From the NCBI GenBank assembly GCA_965534055.1, contig CBESZZ010000001.1, positions 1 to 37,821 on the forward strand: a stretch of 37,821 bases of DNA, written 5' to 3'. Below are positions 1 through 8,157 of the stretch, piece after piece (position 1 is the stretch's first letter; the number at the start of each line of letters is the position of its first letter). This stretch comes from an uncultured bacterium (lineage in GTDB: Bacteria; Planctomycetota; UBA1135; UBA2386). The translations under genes and the position numbers were made by a program. The notes beneath the pieces were generated by a model that worked only from the letters and a program-made list of their open reading frames with translations, did not search any database and was not told where the DNA came from.

Positions 1-711
1 CGCCGCCCGAGGGTCAAGGGGTCATCGCCGGCTGAATCCACGGCAGAAGCCTCATCGTTCCGGCTGAGCTCACGCAAGGGCAACACCGCTCCGCAGGAGC
101 GGATTCCGGGCCGTGCCCAACCCGCGGGACATCCGCAGCAGCCTGCGCAACGCCCGCAGTCAAATCAGACCCAACAGCAGGCCGCACGCAGCGCGGGGCA
201 ACGTCAGGTCGCGCCGGGTTCCGCGGCAGTTCCGCAGTACGGACGGCCGGCTTCGTCTACGAGTCATCAAGCGGTGCCTCCTCAAAATCCAAGGCAACGC
301 CCACCAAAGGCGCGCAGTCCGCAGCAGGAACAGGCCCGCGCACGCCAGCTCCATGAGCAGCAGCTCCGCGCCCGCCGAGCCCGCGAACAGGAGACGCTGG
401 CCCGCAAGGCCCACGAGGACCAACTCCGCGCACAGCACGAACGTGAGCAGCAAGAGCTTCAACGTCGACAGCGCGAACAAGTCGAGAGCGCATCGCGGGC
501 TCGTGCAGTCCAACCGAGCTCCGCTTCGCGAGGTCCTGCGACGCCAAACTCGGCCCGCCGAGCACCGTCGCCCAGCAATCCACGACACGCCGTCGCTCAG
601 CCGATCGGCGCGCCGAACCGAGACGCGCCGGATCTCAGCTGCTTCCCCGGAGCCACAGTGCTCAAAGGCGAAGATCGCTACCGCATGGGCGCGGCTCCTC
701 GCAAGGACTGA
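1..711 (+). CDS. 3' part of a gene entering from the left edge; Q/R/E-rich charged low-complexity (coiled-coil-like) protein of unknown function
   Basis: Frame 1 is open from base 1 to the TGA at 709-711; the track shows it only from GTG 274. The translation ...QQEQARARQLHEQQLRARRAREQETLARKAHEDQLRAQHEREQQELQRRQREQ... looks like a genuine charged helix. The competing frame-2 ORF 113..796 is R/S-rich shadow. No catalytic motif recognised. Confidence 0.4.
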   Translation, partial: RRPRVKGSSPAESTAEASSFRLSSRKGNTAPQERIPGRAQPAGHPQQPAQRPQSNQTQQQAARSAGQRQVAPGSAAVPQYGRPASSTSHQAVPPQNPRQRPPKARSPQQEQARARQLHEQQLRARRAREQETLARKAHEDQLRAQHEREQQELQRRQREQVESASRARAVQPSSASRGPATPNSARRAPSPSNPRHAVAQPIGAPNRDAPDLSCFPGATVLKGEDRYRMGAAPRKD

Positions 712-723
712 GGCGAGAGCGAC

Positions 724-754
724 GGCCTGCGCGCGCGATTCACGCGCGCAGGCC
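724..754. terminator. GC-rich hairpin between convergent genes (possible bidirectional terminator)
   Basis: Perfect 12-bp inverted repeat GGCCTGCGCGCG (724-735) / CGCGCGCAGGCC (743-754) with the 7-nt loop CGATTCA. It lies between the TGA at 709-711 and the minus-strand stop at 850-852. No U-tract on either strand. Confidence 0.45.
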
Positions 755-849
755 GGCCGCGTCGCTCAATCGGGGAGTCAGAGGTTCGCCCGCTGAGCAA
801 TCAGCCCAACATCGCGTGGCAGCGCTGCTGCCCGTCGATTCGCGACCAC

Positions 850-3800
850 CTACCGGTCGCTCTCAGGAATGCCGGCGCCGCGACGATCCGGGCCGGCCGG
901 CCGCGCGGGTTTCCCCCCGCGCCACGTCTTCAGCTCTTCGAGCATCTGCCGAATCGCGACGTCAAGCTGCGGATCCGCACCATCAACCATCTCGGCGGGA
1001 TCTTCCTGCACCTCGATGTCCGGCTCGACGCCGTGGTTCTCGATGCCCCACGTCCCGTCGAGCTCAAAGAACCCAAACGTCGGCACCGCGATTTGGGCGC
1101 CATCGATCAACGAAGGGTTGCCGGAGATGCCCACGAGCCCACCCCACGTCCGCGTGCCGATCAGTTTGCCCAAGCCTGACTGACGGAAGTAGAACGGGAA
1201 TGCGTCCCCGCCCGAGCCGGCTGACTGGTTGATCAGCATGCACTTCGGCCCGCGGTGACCGACCGGCGGCCAGTCCCAATCTTGCCCGCCATGAGTCGCC
1301 CAGAAGTTGGTGAACGGACGATCGAGCAGCTCGATGAATCGCGTCGGGATCTGCCCACCGGAGTTCCATCGCTCGTCGACGATCAACGCGTCGTGATGCA
1401 TCTCGGCGAGGAACTGCCGATACAGCTCGTTCTGCCCGCCGATTCCGGTGCTTGGCACGTGCACATAGCCGACGCGACCGCCTGTGCGCTCTTCGACGTA
1501 GCGACGTCGACCGGCAACCCAATCGCGATAGCGCAGTGCGGTCTCGTTGCCGAGCGGCTTGACGATGACTGTGCGTTTCTCGCCGTTGGCTTCACGGAAC
1601 GTCAGCTCCGTTGCACGCTCCGCGCATCCCACGAGGTGCTCGTGCACACTGCGCGACGAATCGACAGGCGCGCCCTGCACCGCCACAAGCACGCTGCCTG
1701 CTTCGATGTCGATGCCCGGCAACGCCAACGGAGAGCGCCCATCGGCGTCGTAGCTCGAGCCGAGGACTCGCTCGATTTCGAAACCGTCGTCCGCAACCTT
1801 CCAGTCGCAGCCGAGCAGCCCCACGCGATCACCCGGAGGTGTTGCGGGCTGTGCGCCGGGACCACCCCGGTTGTAGGCGTGGCCGACATTGAGTTCGGAA
1901 ATCATCTCCCCGATCAGGAAGTGTAGATCTTCGCGCGACGTGGCGTCGACGAGTGCAGCTTCGTAGCGCGCAAGCATCGCTGGCCAATCCAGGCCGTGCA
2001 TGCCTGGGTCGTAGAAGAAGTCGCGGTTGATGCGCCAGCTATCGCGCAGCATCTGCTTCCACTCCGCCGCTGGCGTGTAGATGCCTTCGACCCCATCGAA
2101 GGCGATTGGGTCTTCGATCTTCTGGTCGGGCTTCGGCTCGATAACGCCCATCTTGCCCTCCTTGCGCACCAGGATTTTGGAACCATCTTCGAGCCACGTG
2201 CCCATGTCCAGATCGGCGAACACGGTCTTCTCTTCTTCTTCCTTGATGTCGAAGAGCACGAACGCCGGCTTCTCCAAGCGTGCACCGACCTTCGCGCCTC
2301 GGGCATAGAGCAGCGATCCGTCCAGCGCCTTGAGCGCCATGATGCGACCAGGAGTGATTGGCAGCTGCATCGCGCGCGATTCGAAACCATCGAGATCGAT
2401 GGTCACGGGCTTTGGCGCAGCTTCTTTGTCGCTCTTTTCGTCGCCGCCTTGCTTCGCATCTGCAACGGCGACCTTCGATTCGTCCTCGTCGGCACTGTCC
2501 TCGTCGGCACTGTCCTCGTCGGGCTTGCCGTCTTCGTCCTCGGCCGCATCGTCGCCGAACGACTCTTCCGAGTTCTTCGGTAGCCAGGGGTTCTCAACGC
2601 CCTTGCGCAGCGGCACACCCATCACGACATCTGTGTCGGTGTAGATCCACGTCGTATCCATGTCGCCATACGTCGGCGAGAAGCGTCGGCTCGACACGAA
2701 GTAGAGCCATTCGCCCTTCACGTCGAAGCACGGCATCGAGTCGTTGAACATCCCCGACGTGACTTCGTGCAGGCCCGGGTTCTCCAGGTCGTAGAGCCAA
2801 AGGGACGACATCTTGCTCGTCGAGTGCTCGTGCGACCACGTCAACCAGCGAGAGTCGCGCGACCACGTGGCGTTGACCTGCCCAAACTCCGGACTGCGGA
2901 ACAGTTTCGTCAACTCGTCGTCCTCGAGCTGGTAGAGATAGAAGTCACCCGCGAACGTGACGAAGGTCATCTTCTTGGAGTCCGGCGACCAGTCGACGCC
3001 GTACTTCCATCCAGCACCAATACTCGTGAGGCGGCGCTCACCGTTCTCATCCGCGTCGTCGAAGGTACCGCCATCGGACTGCCGCAATGTGAGTTCGTAT
3101 TCGCCGCTGCGATCCGACCAGTAGGCGATCCATCGCCCGTCCGGGCTCCAGGATGGATAGCGCTCGGCTACTTCATCGGAGCGAGTCAGGTTGCGCACCA
3201 CGCCCTCTTCGACCGGCACCGTGAAGATGTCGCCACGCGCTTCGACCACGACGCGCTTCGCCTTGGGCGACAGGCCGTAGTCCGAAATCGCGTCCTTCAG
3301 CTTGCGCCGCACGGGCCGCAAATGCCGACGATCCGTCGGGATCGTGATCACCACTTCGACGACCGCACCGCCCGCAAGCTCGTAGCGATAGAGCTTGCCA
3401 TCGTGTTCGAATACCACATCGGTGGGCCCGATGGATGGAAAGCGAACACCCGAGCGGTCGAAGGTGGTCAGCTGCGTCGTCTCACCAGACGCCACGTCGT
3501 AGCTCCACAGGTTGCTGATTCCCGCGTCGCCGCGGTCGGACAAGAAAATCACCCGCTCCCCGTCCCACATCGGCATCGAGTCCGAAGCCGGGTTGTCGGT
3601 CATCCGTCGCGACACACCGCTCTTCAGGTTGTAGAGCCAAATGTCTTGCGCCGTGCCACCGCGGTAGCGACGCCAGGTTCTGAACTCTCGACTGATCGGC
3701 GTGTAGGCCAACCAATCGCCCGTCGACTTCAGTGCGCTGAACGTACCGTAGGGCAACGGCAACGCGGTGGGCTGGCCGCCACCCCGCGGCGCCTGCATCA

Positions 3801-4266
3801 CCTTGGCTGCGCGGGCCACTCCAGCGGCTTCCGAACTGAAGTACAGCAGGTGTTCGCCATCGGGCGTCCAGTCTGAAAACGTCTCACGGCCGGGGTGCCA
3901 AGTCGCTCGCTCCGGAACACCACCAGTGACGGCAACTGTGTAGAGATCGCTGCCCCCATCGTACGAACCCATGAACGCAACATGGTTGCCGTCGGGGCTG
4001 AACTTCGGCAGAGACTCGCCACCTGGCGACGACGTGAGTCTGCGCGCGGCACCACCTGTGCGATCCGCAATCCACAGGTCGGCGTCGAACCGAAACACCA
4101 CGTGGTCGGCGCTGACGTCGGGGAACCGCAACAGCACGCCACCGGCTTGCCTGGTCGCTGCTGGATCCTGGGCCGTCCCAGCTCCAGACTGGGCCGTCGC
4201 GCAAGGCGCCGTGAAAAGGCCGCTGACGAGCAGCGGAAGAAGAACGGCAGGGAGCGGTTCGCGCAT
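850..4266 (-). CDS. Tricorn-protease-like exported serine peptidase (beta-propeller blades + PDZ-like region + S41 core)
   Basis: ORF 850..4542. I moved the start to ATG 4264-4266 because MREPLPAVLLPLLVSGLFTAPCATAQS is a signal peptide and the upstream extension overlaps the divergent promoter region. PD40/TolB-like blades are present (FSPDGNHVAF, WSPDGRWIAYWSD, WSPDSKKMTF). The C-terminal S41/tricorn core reads INQSAGSGGDAFPFYFRQSGLGKLIGTRTWGGLVGI. Confidence 0.9.
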   Translation of the reverse strand: MREPLPAVLLPLLVSGLFTAPCATAQSGAGTAQDPAATRQAGGVLLRFPDVSADHVVFRFDADLWIADRTGGAARRLTSSPGGESLPKFSPDGNHVAFMGSYDGGSDLYTVAVTGGVPERATWHPGRETFSDWTPDGEHLLYFSSEAAGVARAAKVMQAPRGGGQPTALPLPYGTFSALKSTGDWLAYTPISREFRTWRRYRGGTAQDIWLYNLKSGVSRRMTDNPASDSMPMWDGERVIFLSDRGDAGISNLWSYDVASGETTQLTTFDRSGVRFPSIGPTDVVFEHDGKLYRYELAGGAVVEVVITIPTDRRHLRPVRRKLKDAISDYGLSPKAKRVVVEARGDIFTVPVEEGVVRNLTRSDEVAERYPSWSPDGRWIAYWSDRSGEYELTLRQSDGGTFDDADENGERRLTSIGAGWKYGVDWSPDSKKMTFVTFAGDFYLYQLEDDELTKLFRSPEFGQVNATWSRDSRWLTWSHEHSTSKMSSLWLYDLENPGLHEVTSGMFNDSMPCFDVKGEWLYFVSSRRFSPTYGDMDTTWIYTDTDVVMGVPLRKGVENPWLPKNSEESFGDDAAEDEDGKPDEDSADEDSADEDESKVAVADAKQGGDEKSDKEAAPKPVTIDLDGFESRAMQLPITPGRIMALKALDGSLLYARGAKVGARLEKPAFVLFDIKEEEEKTVFADLDMGTWLEDGSKILVRKEGKMGVIEPKPDQKIEDPIAFDGVEGIYTPAAEWKQMLRDSWRINRDFFYDPGMHGLDWPAMLARYEAALVDATSREDLHFLIGEMISELNVGHAYNRGGPGAQPATPPGDRVGLLGCDWKVADDGFEIERVLGSSYDADGRSPLALPGIDIEAGSVLVAVQGAPVDSSRSVHEHLVGCAERATELTFREANGEKRTVIVKPLGNETALRYRDWVAGRRRYVEERTGGRVGYVHVPSTGIGGQNELYRQFLAEMHHDALIVDERWNSGGQIPTRFIELLDRPFTNFWATHGGQDWDWPPVGHRGPKCMLINQSAGSGGDAFPFYFRQSGLGKLIGTRTWGGLVGISGNPSLIDGAQIAVPTFGFFELDGTWGIENHGVEPDIEVQEDPAEMVDGADPQLDVAIRQMLEELKTWRGGKPARPAGPDRRGAGIPESDR
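2482..2522 (-). repeat. 15-nt tandem repeat (about 2.7 copies) inside the protease acidic linker
   Basis: GTCCTCGTCGGCACT occurs at 2482-2496 and 2497-2511, followed by the partial copy GTCCTCGTCGG at 2512-2522. On the coding strand this encodes DEDSADEDSADED. Confidence 0.85.
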
Positions 4267-4519
4267 GGAAGCTGATGGTCGAGAGGCGAAGGGCGCGCAG
4301 CGTAGCCAGCCAACCGAAAGCAAACACCGAAGCTCCTCAGGCTTTGGCGCGATGCGAGGTTTTGTTGCAGACTCGACACGCTTGAGGATCGCGTGGGGCA
4401 TGCCGCGCGCGCGGGAGAACGCACGCAAGCAGAGGTCACCCCCGTGTTTCCGAAGCGAGCCACCATCCGACTGCGATCCGCTCGAGGGAGACCATTCGTG
4501 GGCTATCCTGTGCGGCGGT

Positions 4520-5470
4520 ATGCCCGAGCTTCCAGACGTCACGATCTACAAAGAGCGCCTCTGCGCCCTGCTGGTTGGCAAGCCGCTGCGCGGAATCCGG
4601 CTCGCCAACCCATTCACGCTACGCACCGTCGAACCAAGCCTCGACGCGTTGCCGGGTCGTGTATTGCGCTCCGTCGAACGATCCGCCAAGCGCTTGGTGT
4701 TCACTTGGTCAGACCCCGACACATCAAGCGCACCACCGCTCTACCTGGTGCTACATCTGATGATCGCTGGTCGCTTGAAGTGGCGGAAACCCGGCGCATC
4801 GACCGGCGCAAAGATGGCGCTGTGCGCGTTTGATTTCGACGAAGCGACGCTGCTTCTGACGGAAGCAGGATCCAAGCGACGAGCATCGCTGCATCTGTTC
4901 GCCTCGCACGACGAAGTCCATGCCTTGGATCGTGGCGGCCTGGAGGTCATGGATGCGACTAGTGCGACGTTCACTGCCGCGATGACCCGTGAGAATCGAA
5001 CCCTGAAACGCGCACTGACCGACCCGCGTATTCTGTCGGGAATCGGCAACGCGTACTCCGACGAGATTCTCCACGCCGCACGGCTCTCGCCCATGCGACT
5101 CACCTCCAAACTCGTCGATGAAGAGTTGCAAAGGCTCTTCGAAGCCACGCAGTCCACGCTTCAACACTGGACCGACACCTTGCGCAAAGACGTCGGCGAT
5201 GGCTTCCCTGAAAAGGTCACGGCGTTTCGACCGGGTATGGCGGTGCACGGCCGCTACCGCGAGCCTTGCCCCCACTGCAGCAAACCCGTGCAACGAATCC
5301 GCTACGCGGACAACGAGTGCAACTACTGCGCGGAGTGTCAGAACGCCGGACGACTCCTGGCGGACCGCGGCCTGTCTAAGCTGCTAAAGAAGGACTGGCC
5401 GAAGACGCTGGCAGAGCTCGAGGAGCTTCGACCGAGTCGCCCGCCAGACGCCGGGAAAAGCGGCTCCTAG
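4520..5470 (+). CDS. Fpg/Nei-family DNA glycosylase/AP lyase
   Basis: The canonical N-terminus MPELPDV (catalytic Pro2/Glu3) starts at ATG 4520. H2TH motif: LTDPRILSGIGNAYSDEILHAARLSP. C-terminal zinc finger: CPHCSKPVQRIRYADNECNYCAECQ. The track ORF 3971..5470 carries a non-homologous 5' extension that overlaps the protease gene. Confidence 0.85.
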   Translation: MPELPDVTIYKERLCALLVGKPLRGIRLANPFTLRTVEPSLDALPGRVLRSVERSAKRLVFTWSDPDTSSAPPLYLVLHLMIAGRLKWRKPGASTGAKMALCAFDFDEATLLLTEAGSKRRASLHLFASHDEVHALDRGGLEVMDATSATFTAAMTRENRTLKRALTDPRILSGIGNAYSDEILHAARLSPMRLTSKLVDEELQRLFEATQSTLQHWTDTLRKDVGDGFPEKVTAFRPGMAVHGRYREPCPHCSKPVQRIRYADNECNYCAECQNAGRLLADRGLSKLLKKDWPKTLAELEELRPSRPPDAGKSGS

Positions 5471-5482
5471 ACGTCGCGCAAA

Positions 5483-5943
5483 CTCAGCGAGTGACCAGCG
5501 CGGTCGGCACGCCGAAGCGCAGCGCCGTGCCGTCCCAGGTAAGTGTCTGCATCGTCATCACCAAACCGGGCGGCAGTTCGGAATGAGAGTAGGAGTGCTG
5601 CACGGTGCGGCTCGCGGGGAAGGTGCCCAAGTCGAAGAACGAGGGCGCCAAACGGCGTGACACCGTAGTCGGGCAGCGACAGCATCATGCCGTAGCTAGC
5701 CCCCACGGGACCGTGCACATCGACGGTCAGAGTGTTGTTGGCTGCGATAAGACCAGCCATGGCGAAAGACTGCCCGGCAGGAACGTTCTCGACGAGCATG
5801 GATTGGCTCAGCAATCCACCGCTGGTGAGAACGCCCCTTCTCCTAGAAGGCTGATTCCCTTGCTCGTTTGAAACTGCTCGTTGTAGCGGCCGGCCAGCAC
5901 ACGCCCCGTGTCGCCGGGCTGGGAAGGATCAACAACGAGCGTC
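5483..5943 (-). pseudogene. Decayed, internally deleted paralogue of the beta-helix gene at 7041..8123
   Basis: The DNA aligns by eye, at roughly 80-85 % identity, to two separated parts of the full gene. About 5497-5742 matches about 7058-7322 (C-terminus) and about 5743-5940 matches about 7815-8060 (N-terminal region). About 490 bp of the middle is missing, along with a roughly 20-nt deletion and a roughly 50-nt deletion. A 1-nt deletion lies near 5826-5830. After GVTPFGA the reading frame switches to the frame that in the full copy is the shadow ORF 6979..7221. The signal peptide and start codon are absent. Confidence 0.75.
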
Positions 5944-5971
5944 CAGAGCTGCTAGTGACGCGAATCTCTGA

Positions 5972-6256
5972 TCAGCGATCGCCCGTGTGCCGGACTCCGC
6001 CGCCAGAGGCACCCGAGCTTGAGGAATTGCCGCCCGACCCTGGGTTGCCGCTGCGGGCGGAGTGCTGGATCGGATTGACGCCTTGAATCTCGAGGTCGCC
6101 AGCGTCGATGAGGGCCTTGACCGGCGGATGCTCCGCGGCCTTCGGGGCGATCTGGCCCTTGCCACCGGGGCCCAGGAAGAGCCGCTTGCCGCCCGCGAGG
6201 GGCACTCGAATCGGCTTGGCTGTCGTGTTCTTGATGTCCATGAGGCCGAAGACCAT
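5972..6256 (-). CDS. Small hypothetical protein (94 aa) with a Gly/Ser-rich tail
   Basis: The ATG at 6254-6256 is preceded by the purine-rich AAAGGGGAAAG. Translation: MVFGLMDIKNTTAKPIRVPLAGGKRLFLGPGGKGQIAPKAAEHPPVKALIDAGDLEIQG...SGGNSSSSGASGGG. An alternative ATG lies at 6239-6241. No family recognised. Confidence 0.5.
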   Translation of the reverse strand: MVFGLMDIKNTTAKPIRVPLAGGKRLFLGPGGKGQIAPKAAEHPPVKALIDAGDLEIQGVNPIQHSARSGNPGSGGNSSSSGASGGGVRHTGDR

Positions 6257-6275
6257 ACCCGCTTTCCCCTTTCGA

Positions 6276-6284
6276 CCCCCCCCC
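6276..6284 (-). repeat. C9 homopolymer (G9 on the coding strand) inside a polypurine leader
   Basis: Nine consecutive C at 6276-6284 sit within a roughly 40-nt polypyrimidine stretch (6258-6298), 20-28 nt upstream of the ATG at 6256. Confidence 0.9.
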
Positions 6285-6391
6285 TCCCTTCCTTCGCCGG
6301 CTTCCCTAGATTGCCGCAGCGGCGCCCCACCAGGCTTCGGTTCGAGGCACGATTGGCTTTGGACGTGCCGTAAGCCCAGCACGTGGACTTG

Positions 6392-6829
6392 CTAACTCCC
6401 GAGGTCGTAGGTTCCTCGCCAAGAGCGAACATCAGTGACATTCTCTAGGGAGGCCATCTGCTGGTGGGAGCCCAAACCGCCGCCGCCGGCTTCGGTCGAG
6501 TAGCCAATGACGCGCTCGGCGATGATGTCTTCGATTAGCCGAATCGACCCCTGGAATCGGAAGTCGGGGCCGGTGGGGCATCTCCAGTCGCCTCCGTGAC
6601 TGTGCCCGCCCCCAAATGCGATGATCGTCTCATCGAGGTCCTCGTCCGCGGTGGCAACGAGGCAAACCCGATCGCCTTCGTTATCTGCCAGGTTGCGTGA
6701 TACCTCGAAGACCAGTTCACCTGACTCGTTGAGGCGGGCGAACGCTGCAAACTCTGGCCAGTGGGTCACGACTGCCCCATGGAAGGCTCGGGCGAGCTCG
6801 TTGGCCTGGCTGAGATCGATCAAGTCCAT
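6392..6829 (-). CDS. Hypothetical cytoplasmic protein (145 aa), no family recognised
   Basis: Clean ATG ORF: MDLIDLSQANELARAFHGAVVTHWPEFAAFARLNESGELVFEV...GGGHSHGGDWRCP... It has ordinary amino-acid composition, unlike the shadow ORFs. It is preceded by a 211-bp region of visibly lower GC. Confidence 0.55.
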   Translation of the reverse strand: MDLIDLSQANELARAFHGAVVTHWPEFAAFARLNESGELVFEVSRNLADNEGDRVCLVATADEDLDETIIAFGGGHSHGGDWRCPTGPDFRFQGSIRLIEDIIAERVIGYSTEAGGGGLGSHQQMASLENVTDVRSWRGTYDLGS

Positions 6830-7040
6830 TGTCTAAGAAGCTGGAGCGTGCGACGTCAGTGCTACGAGGTCGTCAGGGTAGATTCCTAGCCTAGAGAATA
6901 GACGGAATGAAACGTCCGACCACTCCGTTTCGCGCAGCGCCGCCAAGGCCTTGAGGGGCGACGGCCATCGGAAGCTCCTCAGCGTGATCTCTTGCCGGCA
7001 CAAGAACCCGCGCGTGAGACTTGGAACCGAGCCTCGCTGA

Positions 7041-8123
7041 CTAGCGAACCACGAGCGCAGACGGCACGCCAAAGCGCAGCGCCGTGCCGTCCCAGGTCAA
7101 CGTTTGCATGGTCATCACCAGGCCAGGCGGCAGCGCTGGGTGAGGGTATGAATGCTGCACGGTGCGGCTGGCCGGGAACGTGCCCAAGTCGAGAAACGAG
7201 GGCAGCAACGTTTGCACCCAAGCGTCGCCATACGGCGTGACGCCGTAGCCGGGCACCGACAGCATGATGCCGTAGCTAGTCCCCACGGGACCGTGCACGT
7301 CAACGGTGAGAGTGTTGTTGGCATCGACTGCCGACTGGCTCGTGATCGGCCATGGAGCAATGATCGCTGGTCCCGAACTCAGTGGAATGGAAGTCGTCGT
7401 CGAGGGGTCGAGCAGAACACTGCCACCAAGCGTGGCAATCGCCGGCTGCGTAATCGTGCCTCCGGATGGAACCCCTCGGACGGAGCATCGGGTCAAGGCA
7501 AGGTCCCCGTCTTGAAGGATGATACCCGGTCCTCCAAACACGCTGAAGCTGCCGCGGAACGTCGAATTGCTGCACGCGACGCGACCAGAATTGATGGTGA
7601 GTCCGGCAGAGATCGATGGATCGAAGTTCATTCTCTCCAGCATGACGTTGCTCGAAGTCAGAATCGCGCTGAGCAGCAACATGCTCGAGAGTGACACCTG
7701 CTGACTACCCTCAACGTTGACGGAAAACAGCTCAAAGGTGCCTCCCTGGTTGAAGTCAGCCAGAGTCACAAGGCCATCGCAATTGCGGACCCGAACTCTC
7801 GTCGCGATGTTGCCGGCGACAAAACCAGCCATAGCGAAAGACTGTCCAACTGGGATGCTTTCGACGAGCACTGTTTCGCTGAGCAAGCCACCGCCGGTTA
7901 GAACAGCCCCTTCACCCAGAAGCCGGATCCCCTTGTCCGTTTGAAGCTGCTCGTTGTAGCGGCCAGCGAGCACACGCACCGTGTCACCGGGTTGAGCTGC
8001 CGCGATCGCGGAGGCGATCGTCGTGAACTGCGTGCCGCCGGAAGGATCGACGACGATCGTGTTCTGCCCGCAAAGAACTGAGAGGAGAGAGAGAAACCCC
8101 AGGGCAAAGAAGAATGATCGCAT
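7041..8123 (-). CDS. Secreted right-handed beta-helix (pectate-lyase/NosD-like fold) protein
   Basis: I set the start at ATG 8121-8123 because MRSFFFALGFLSLLSVLCGQ is a signal peptide. The N-terminal signature TIASAIAAAQPGDTVRVLAGRYNEQL is typical of parallel beta-helix proteins, and short G/N/S-rich turns repeat through the body. The gene lies 34 nt downstream of the ECF-fusion gene. Confidence 0.75.
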   Translation of the reverse strand: MRSFFFALGFLSLLSVLCGQNTIVVDPSGGTQFTTIASAIAAAQPGDTVRVLAGRYNEQLQTDKGIRLLGEGAVLTGGGLLSETVLVESIPVGQSFAMAGFVAGNIATRVRVRNCDGLVTLADFNQGGTFELFSVNVEGSQQVSLSSMLLLSAILTSSNVMLERMNFDPSISAGLTINSGRVACSNSTFRGSFSVFGGPGIILQDGDLALTRCSVRGVPSGGTITQPAIATLGGSVLLDPSTTTSIPLSSGPAIIAPWPITSQSAVDANNTLTVDVHGPVGTSYGIMLSVPGYGVTPYGDAWVQTLLPSFLDLGTFPASRTVQHSYPHPALPPGLVMTMQTLTWDGTALRFGVPSALVVR

Positions 8124-8157
8124 TTTGATCGAATTGATAACTGGCAAAAACTTGAGC

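Noticed and set aside
113-796. A 227-aa frame-2 ORF at the left edge.
   Set aside because: It has extreme R/S/A composition with no motifs. The frame-1 reading (1..711) gives a more protein-like sequence. Both calls are low confidence.
2767-3876. A 369-aa ORF antisense to the tricorn-like protease.
   Set aside because: It has shadow-frame composition (R/V/A/P-rich), while the opposite strand carries unambiguous protease and propeller motifs.
3971-4519. A 183-codon N-terminal extension of the Fpg/Nei ORF (track ORF 3971..5470).
   Set aside because: The family-defining N-terminus MPELPDV, whose Pro2 must be N-terminal after Met removal, begins at 4520. The extension is R/S/A-rich and lies antisense to the protease gene.
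4267-4542. A 92-codon extension upstream of the protease signal peptide.
   Set aside because: A textbook signal peptide starts at the internal Met (4266). The extension has shadow-frame composition and would bury the signal peptide.
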